Shown here: in pieces, positions 58,518-64,000 of the stretch
Layout: every line of letters begins with the position of its first letter
Numbering within the stretch: position 1 is the stretch's first letter
Assembly (NCBI GenBank): GCA_902784805.1
Contig: CACZWD010000001.1
Location: 772 to 64,771 of the forward strand
Direction of reading: 5' to 3'
Origin: an uncultured Ruminococcus sp.
GTDB lineage: Bacteria; Bacillota; Clostridia; RUG12999
Length of the DNA stretch: 64,000 nucleotides
Program-made: the position numbers and the translations under genes
The notes under the pieces: model-generated
Databases searched by the model: none
What the model was told of the DNA's origin: nothing
Seen by the model: only the letters and a program-made list of their open reading frames with translations

Positions 58518-59484
58518 TTCGCAATCTTTTTTGTTTTTTTAAAAATTCAATCGTTTTTTCGGTCGGGTAAGGAAATATATATGAAATGCAGGCTCTTAAG
58601 ACTTTTTTTACGGGTACACCGCGAAGTATATTAAAAGAAAAGTTTGTTCTGTATACCTTAACCAATTCCTTATATTTTTCCTTTGCACCCTCTTGCTTAC
58701 GGCATTTGCTGTATTCGGTCACAGCGTAATAAAGCCCGCTTGTTAGGCAACTGAATATTAAAAAATTCGGACAATTTTCACTGATATAGTATGATGCTCG
58801 CTGAAAAAAAGATTCGGCACGATCAACCATATTTTTTATAACAATTTTTGTATTCATTATACTACCCGAACGGTTAACATAGTAGTATAATCTATCAGAT
58901 AAACAAACAACACATTTTGTGTGCAGCATTACTTTGTGAATAACAAATGTATCTTCATATAATCTGCCCTTGGGGTAACGTAAGTTGTTAAAAATATTTT
59001 TTATATACAATTTATTCCATGCAACAGTCCAATGTACATTTGGAGGAGGATTAAAAAGAAAATCTCTTCCTGACATTACCGTATCAGATTGTACGCTGCT
59101 ATAATCATATGTGTCATCAATAACTTTAACTACATTACAGACTGCTATCTCCGCATTGTTTTCTTTAAGTGATTTATAAAGCTTTTCATACATATCGGGC
59201 GCGATATAATCATCACTGTCAACAAAACCTATATATTCTCCTGTTGCTTTATCAATTCCCGCATTTCGGGCATCTGACAGACCGCCGTTTTCTTTATGTA
59301 TAACAACAACTCTGTCATCTTTTTCTGCATACTCATCACATATTATTCCGCAATTATCCGGCGAACCGTCATCAACAAGGATAACCTCAATATTTGAATA
59401 TGTTTGCGCTAAAATACTGTCAACACATTTATGTATATAGGGCTCAACATTATACACAGGCACAATGATGCTTATTTTTTCCAT
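58501..59484 (-). CDS. Glycosyltransferase family 2 (GT-A)
   Basis: SIIVPVYNVEPYIHKCVDSILAQTYSNIEVILVDDGSPDN. Confidence 0.85.
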   Translation of the reverse strand: MEKISIIVPVYNVEPYIHKCVDSILAQTYSNIEVILVDDGSPDNCGIICDEYAEKDDRVVVIHKENGGLSDARNAGIDKATGEYIGFVDSDDYIAPDMYEKLYKSLKENNAEIAVCNVVKVIDDTYDYSSVQSDTVMSGRDFLFNPPPNVHWTVAWNKLYIKNIFNNLRYPKGRLYEDTFVIHKVMLHTKCVVCLSDRLYYYVNRSGSIMNTKIVIKNMVDRAESFFQRASYYISENCPNFLIFSCLTSGLYYAVTEYSKCRKQEGAKEKYKELVKVYRTNFSFNILRGVPVKKVLRACISYIFPYPTEKTIEFLKKQKRLRSEKNG

Positions 59485-59504
59485 AGAAATTCCATCCTTT
59501 AAGT

Positions 59505-60455
59505 TTATCTAAGATATTTATCTCTTAACCTGTAATATATATATTTTAAATAATCGCCTGTGTAATATTTGATACGTTCGTTTATTTCCGCTCGTGCGTT
59601 ATATGGGTTTATTTCTTTTATTGTATTGACAGAAGGAAGTTCTGCGTCGGGTTTAGCCGTAAAACCGCCGGGACCAATATAAAAGGCGTTACAGTCTTCC
59701 GAAATAGTTTCTTTAAAATCTCGCTTTTTGAAATGTATATATATATATTCATCCTTAAAGCATTTTTTATGCTTATAATAGGCTCTGAACACTTTACCAT
59801 TCTGCCAGTAAAATAACTGTTTATTATAATTATTTAAACAAAAAGCCAATTTAAAACGCTTGTATGCGGATGATATGTCCGCAAATACGAGCTTTTTATA
59901 TATTTTAAAATTATTAAAATTATATAATCTATAAATTCCGGACCATTCGTCAAAACCATATATTGCTTCATTTTCAAACACAGTTTTATAGTCGTGCATA
60001 CTGCCGAAAAGTTTATATCTGTTATTTACTTCTTTGGTATTTCTGTAAAGTGAAAGATGACCGAGGGAAAGTATCTTATCATATTCACTCAAAATATTTT
60101 CCGTGATAAATCCGCGGATGTCGCCAAAAATCAAATCAAAATCACAATGTCCCCAGAAGTCATAGCCGGATAAATAGTCTTCAAAAATATTTCCATATAC
60201 TACTTTAAAATCACAGCATTTATAAGGTTTATATAACGCTGTGTCCAATCCGAGCTTTTCATCGGCAAGCTTTTTCATTTCCTGTAATGTCATGGGGATA
60301 TGCTTAACATTTGGAGGTAAATTATCAATTTTATTATCTCCGAAAATTATGAAGTCAATGTCCGGATTATAGGAACAGGATTTTAACCATAAATTAATGT
60401 ATTCAGGCAATTTACCGAAATAAACACCTATAATACATATTGTAGTCCTATTCAT
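59505..60455 (-). CDS. Capsule-locus protein of unknown family, possibly a DXD-type glycosyltransferase
   Basis: Soluble about 316-aa protein with a CDFDLIFGD acidic motif, first gene of the minus-strand operon. Start set at the ATG at 60455 with an AGGGGGA RBS. A TTTACA-17-TATAAT promoter on the minus strand at about 60497-60530. Confidence 0.35.
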   Translation of the reverse strand: MNRTTICIIGVYFGKLPEYINLWLKSCSYNPDIDFIIFGDNKIDNLPPNVKHIPMTLQEMKKLADEKLGLDTALYKPYKCCDFKVVYGNIFEDYLSGYDFWGHCDFDLIFGDIRGFITENILSEYDKILSLGHLSLYRNTKEVNNRYKLFGSMHDYKTVFENEAIYGFDEWSGIYRLYNFNNFKIYKKLVFADISSAYKRFKLAFCLNNYNKQLFYWQNGKVFRAYYKHKKCFKDEYIYIHFKKRDFKETISEDCNAFYIGPGGFTAKPDAELPSVNTIKEINPYNARAEINERIKYYTGDYLKYIYYRLRDKYLR

Positions 60456-60722
60456 GGATAAGCAAGTCCCCCTTCTGTAAAATGAAAAAGCCCGGAGTTC
60501 TGTTTTTTTAATTATAAAACGGCTAAAATTTTTGTGTAAAAATAACAAATTATTAAAACTAACCGGCTGTATAATTTACATAATCTATTTTATTTTACCA
60601 TACTTTTAGAAATAAAGCAATAGTTTTTTTAAAAAATATGCAATTTCAGAACGAACTATACTAAAAAAATTAAAACAGAATAAAAATATACGAGATAAGG
60701 TGCTTTTTCAGCAGAAAAAATA

Positions 60723-61052
60723 TTAAAAAACAAGCCCTGCCGCGTAAACCGCTATACAGGCAAAAACCGCAACGGTAAGAAGGCTTCTTTCAAGATATGA
60801 AAGGATAACGGCAACGGTAAAGCCGACAGCCGCGGGAATTATGTCCTGCGGCGTTTGCGCACCTATGATGCGGAAAACATCGGGAATTACCATAGCGCTT
60901 AAAACAGCATAGGGGATATAATGCAGCATACTTTTTACAAAAGGCGAAGTTATTTTTCGTCTGAAAAGCACAAACGGTATCATTCTTACGGCATATGTAA
61001 CAAGTGCCATAACAAATATATATTGCAAGGTTTTATTCATTTTTATAATCAT
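60723..61052 (-). CDS. azlD: Branched-chain amino acid exporter small subunit AzlD
   Basis: 109-aa, 3-4 TM segments, AzlD family. Confidence 0.7.
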   Translation of the reverse strand: MIIKMNKTLQYIFVMALVTYAVRMIPFVLFRRKITSPFVKSMLHYIPYAVLSAMVIPDVFRIIGAQTPQDIIPAAVGFTVAVILSYLERSLLTVAVFACIAVYAAGLVF

Positions 61053-61079
61053 TCCTTTTTTTATTCACATTTACCTTTT

Positions 61080-61793
61080 TTATTCGGTATTGTCCTCCTT
61101 AAACGGGGCAATAAGCGATGCGAACGCGGAAGCCGAAACCGCGCAGATTATAATAGCAAAGCCGGGAGATATGTTAAAAGGAAGCGGCGCGTATTTTATT
61201 AAGCAGTTTAAAGCGGCAGCAAAGATTGCCGCGCAAAAAATGCCTTTGTCCTTTTTTGCGGGCGGAATTACAATTGCTATAAACATAGCGTAAATGGCAA
61301 TACCGAGAGCCGCTGTAATATCGGAAGGAAGAGCACTGCCGATTATAGCTCCGCATGCTGTCCCGAGAGACCAGCCTATAAAGGGCAGGGTTGCGAGCCC
61401 ATACATATAAGAGGGCGTAACAGGGCACTTCCGCGTTGCGGCAACCGCAAAAATTTCATCTGTTATAAAAAAAGATGTAAAAAAACGGTGAACCGTTCCG
61501 AAGGAAGGGCTCAGACGCTGTGAAAGAGCAATGCCCATAAGGGAATAGCGGAGGTTTATTATAAATTGTGTGAGCGCTGTTTCAAAAAGCGTACCCGCCG
61601 CCGCGATAACGCTGATACCCGCCACCTGTCCCGCCGAAGTGAGGTTGGTTACGGATATAAGTATAGCGTAAATTGCTTTAATTCCGAGATTTACCGTTGT
61701 TATTCCGAAACCGAAGGATATCGGGAAATAGCCGAGTCCTATCGGCATACCCGCAAAAAAACCTTCTTTATATGCTGATTTTGTATTTGCCAT
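61080..61793 (-). CDS. azlC: Branched-chain amino acid exporter AzlC family
   Basis: GFFAGMPIGLGYFPISFGFG is the AzlC signature. Start moved to the ATG at 61793 to avoid overlap with recN. Confidence 0.7.
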   Translation of the reverse strand: MANTKSAYKEGFFAGMPIGLGYFPISFGFGITTVNLGIKAIYAILISVTNLTSAGQVAGISVIAAAGTLFETALTQFIINLRYSLMGIALSQRLSPSFGTVHRFFTSFFITDEIFAVAATRKCPVTPSYMYGLATLPFIGWSLGTACGAIIGSALPSDITAALGIAIYAMFIAIVIPPAKKDKGIFCAAIFAAALNCLIKYAPLPFNISPGFAIIICAVSASAFASLIAPFKEDNTE

Positions 61794-61809
61794 AGTAAAA
61801 TAATTCCTT

Positions 61810-63477
61810 TTATCCGTGTTTTTTAGCTTTTTCAAGCAATTCTTTTGCCTGATTTAGAGCGGCGGCGGTTAAATCACTGCCTGAATTAATCCGCGCGATT
61901 TCCCGTATTCTGCCGCTTTCGTCAAGCGGTGTAATATAAGTTTTTGTTCTTGAGCCTTCTGTAAGCTTTTCAATTTTATAATGATGTTTTCCCGCCGCTG
62001 CAATATGTCCAAGGTGGGTAATTACAAGAGTTTGTTTTTTTTCGGATACCATTTGCAGCTTTGCCGCGACCTTTTCGGCAGCTCTGCCGCTTACACCGCT
62101 GTCAATTTCATCAAAAACATATGTTTCCGCGTCGTCTGTGCGTGCCATTATGCACTTTATCGCAAGCATAATACGGCTCAGCTCGCCGCCCGAAGCTATT
62201 TTTGAAAGCGGCTTTACATCCTCGCCGCGGTTTGGCGATATAAAAAATTCAACACCGTCACAGCCCAGACCGCCATAGGGTACTTTTTTTATATCCACAA
62301 CAAACTTGCTGCCCTGCATATTAAGCTCCTCAAGCTGTTTTTCAATTTCGGCGGAAAGCTTTTCAGCATTTTTCAGGCGGATATTATGAAGCTCCTCGGC
62401 TTTTTTTTCTATATCACGCTTTAAAACAATAAGGTTTTCATCAAGCTCATTTTCAAGCAAAGCATTTTCTTTAAGCTCTTTAAGCCGGTTTTGCGAAGCT
62501 TCGAGCCTGTTTAAAATATCAGCTTCCGTCGCGCCGTATTTACGCTCAAGTTTTTTTATGACATCAAGCCTGTCGGTGATTTCCTCAAGCTCGCCGAAAA
62601 CGTAATTTTCTTCCTTCAGAACGCCGCTTCGGTTAATATCGTCAAGTATGTATAACGCTTCCTTTAAGGACGCCGCGGTTTTTTCGAGAGCTTTATCAAA
62701 ACCCGACGCGTATTCAAGCTTTGCAGCGGCAATATCCATATTTTCTCTTGCGCAGCCCGCGTCGTCAAAAAGCATTGAAACAGCCTGCGCTTTGGCCTGC
62801 GCGATTTTTTCTCTGTTTATAAGCGCTGTACGTTTTTCGGAAAGCGCCTGCTCCTCGCCGGGCATCAGAGCGGCGGCTTCAATTTCATTTATTTCATATT
62901 CGAGAAAATCAATCTCACTATTCCTTTTCTCCGCCATTTCTTTAAGAGCTTTACGTTTTTTGGCGGCCGAAATATATGCTTTATAGCTTTCGCGATAGCT
63001 TTTGAGCTTGTCGCTAAGTTCATCGGCACACCATTTGTCAAGCAAAATAATATGCTTTTCGGGAGCGTAAAGCTGAAAAGCGTCCTGCTGACCGTGGATA
63101 TTTATAAGAAGATATCCGATACTTTTGAGAACGGAAAGAGGACATTGTTCGCCGTTTATGCGGCAGACGGATTTTCCGGAAATGTTTATTTCACGGTTTA
63201 TTTGAAGAAGTCCGTCCTCCGGTTTATCTATGCCGCAGCTTTGAAGAATTTTGAAAACCTTATCATCAGGCATAAAAAGACCGCCTACAAATGCCATGGT
63301 TTCGCCCGTGCGTATTAATTCACGGTTTGAACGGACACCCGTAAGCATGGATATCGAATCTATAAGTATTGATTTACCGGCGCCTGTTTCGCCGGTAAGC
63401 ACATTAAGACCGTCTTTAAAATCAATATCGGCTTCTTCAATAACGGCAATATTTTTGATTTTTAAATGAAGCAGCAT
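61810..63477 (-). CDS. recN: DNA repair protein RecN
   Basis: Walker A GETGAGKS at the N-terminus, long coiled coil, and C-terminal signature/Walker B region. Confidence 0.9.
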   Translation of the reverse strand: MLLHLKIKNIAVIEEADIDFKDGLNVLTGETGAGKSILIDSISMLTGVRSNRELIRTGETMAFVGGLFMPDDKVFKILQSCGIDKPEDGLLQINREINISGKSVCRINGEQCPLSVLKSIGYLLINIHGQQDAFQLYAPEKHIILLDKWCADELSDKLKSYRESYKAYISAAKKRKALKEMAEKRNSEIDFLEYEINEIEAAALMPGEEQALSEKRTALINREKIAQAKAQAVSMLFDDAGCARENMDIAAAKLEYASGFDKALEKTAASLKEALYILDDINRSGVLKEENYVFGELEEITDRLDVIKKLERKYGATEADILNRLEASQNRLKELKENALLENELDENLIVLKRDIEKKAEELHNIRLKNAEKLSAEIEKQLEELNMQGSKFVVDIKKVPYGGLGCDGVEFFISPNRGEDVKPLSKIASGGELSRIMLAIKCIMARTDDAETYVFDEIDSGVSGRAAEKVAAKLQMVSEKKQTLVITHLGHIAAAGKHHYKIEKLTEGSRTKTYITPLDESGRIREIARINSGSDLTAAALNQAKELLEKAKKHG

Positions 63478-63493
63478 AATTACAAAACCACCA

Positions 63494-63952
63494 TTATTTC
63501 AAAATTCTGTTAAGATATGAAACAAGCTTTACGGCTTCCTTTTCATCACGCATAATTAAAAGGAGAGTGTCATCGCCTGCAATGCTGCCGACAATGGAAT
63601 GATTGGCTATACAGCTGTCAACAGCGGCGGCAGCAGCGTTTGCCATACCCGGAAGGGTTTTAACAACGACCTGATTAAGAGCGTAATCAATTTCTGTCAT
63701 AGATTCCCCCAGAATGATATTGAGCCTTGATTCCGTATCGCTGCTTCCGGTTTCGCCGGCGGAGGTAGCGTAACGATAACCGCCGCCCGGAGCCGCAACC
63801 TTAATGAGCCTGAGTTCTCTTATATCTCTGGAAACAGTCGCCTGAGTCGCGTCGTAGCCCTCCCGTCTTAAAGCCGCAACGAGCTCCTCCTGGGTTTCGA
63901 CAATATCTTTTCTTATAATTTCAAGTATTTTAGCGTGCCGACCGTATTTCAT
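63494..63952 (-). CDS. argR: Arginine repressor
   Basis: N-terminal winged helix (TQATVSRDIRELRL) and a C-terminal arginine-binding/oligomerisation domain (GDDT). Confidence 0.85.
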   Translation of the reverse strand: MKYGRHAKILEIIRKDIVETQEELVAALRREGYDATQATVSRDIRELRLIKVAAPGGGYRYATSAGETGSSDTESRLNIILGESMTEIDYALNQVVVKTLPGMANAAAAAVDSCIANHSIVGSIAGDDTLLLIMRDEKEAVKLVSYLNRILK

Positions 63953-64000
63953 TATTACACCTCCCGATAATCTTCTCTTAATTTTATACGTAAAAGCTCG

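Noticed and set aside
60475-60510. Mini-ORF MKKPGVLFF and a GAAAAAGCCCGGAGTTCTGTTTTTTT element as a leader peptide or terminator
   Set aside because: There is no convincing stem, since the sequence has no inverted partner, and no RBS. The region is better explained as the minus-strand promoter/5'UTR (TTTACA-17-TATAAT) of the polysaccharide operon.

Overview
This window looks like a 64-kb chromosomal segment of a spore-forming Clostridia-class Firmicute. The calls supporting that are ytfI/ytfJ sporulation genes, a conserved maf-mreBCD-mrdA-minCDE-mgsA cell-shape/division block, scpAB, zapA, murD, murI, argS-coaX and recN-argR. The first ~41 kb is mostly core housekeeping. It also holds a small metal-resistance patch (a split short-chain chromate transporter pair converging on a CopA-type ATPase), three tandem M42 peptidases, and an oxidative-stress module on the minus strand. 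That module is a four-domain flavodiiron protein ending in a rubredoxin domain, plus a separate 51-aa rubredoxin that the ORF track misses. A glycine riboswitch (complete aptamer, ghost/partial upstream aptamer, and terminator) precedes a sodium:alanine/glycine symporter at ~41.1-41.34 kb. The most interesting part is an ~19-kb accessory locus at 41.4-60.5 kb, built as two convergent operons for a Wzx/Wzy-dependent cell-surface polymer. It contains GT4, GT2 and GT32-like glycosyltransferases, Wzy and Wzx, and a D-glucuronyl C5-epimerase-like protein. It also contains a TupA-like ATP-grasp amidoligase, a CapA/PgsA-family protein, and three tandem acyltransferase-3 genes, one of which is broken by an in-frame TAG. 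A GT32::TagF-like polyol-phosphotransferase fusion sits in the same locus. Beside it is an unusual precursor module: an IspD-like cytidylyltransferase fused to an HMGL/DmpG-like aldolase domain, next to a D-2-hydroxyacid dehydrogenase. Together these predict a teichuronopeptide-like, uronic-acid-containing polymer with amino-acid/acyl decoration and a phosphodiester-linked, probably non-canonical, CDP-activated substituent. I found no CRISPR array, transposase or prophage genes.
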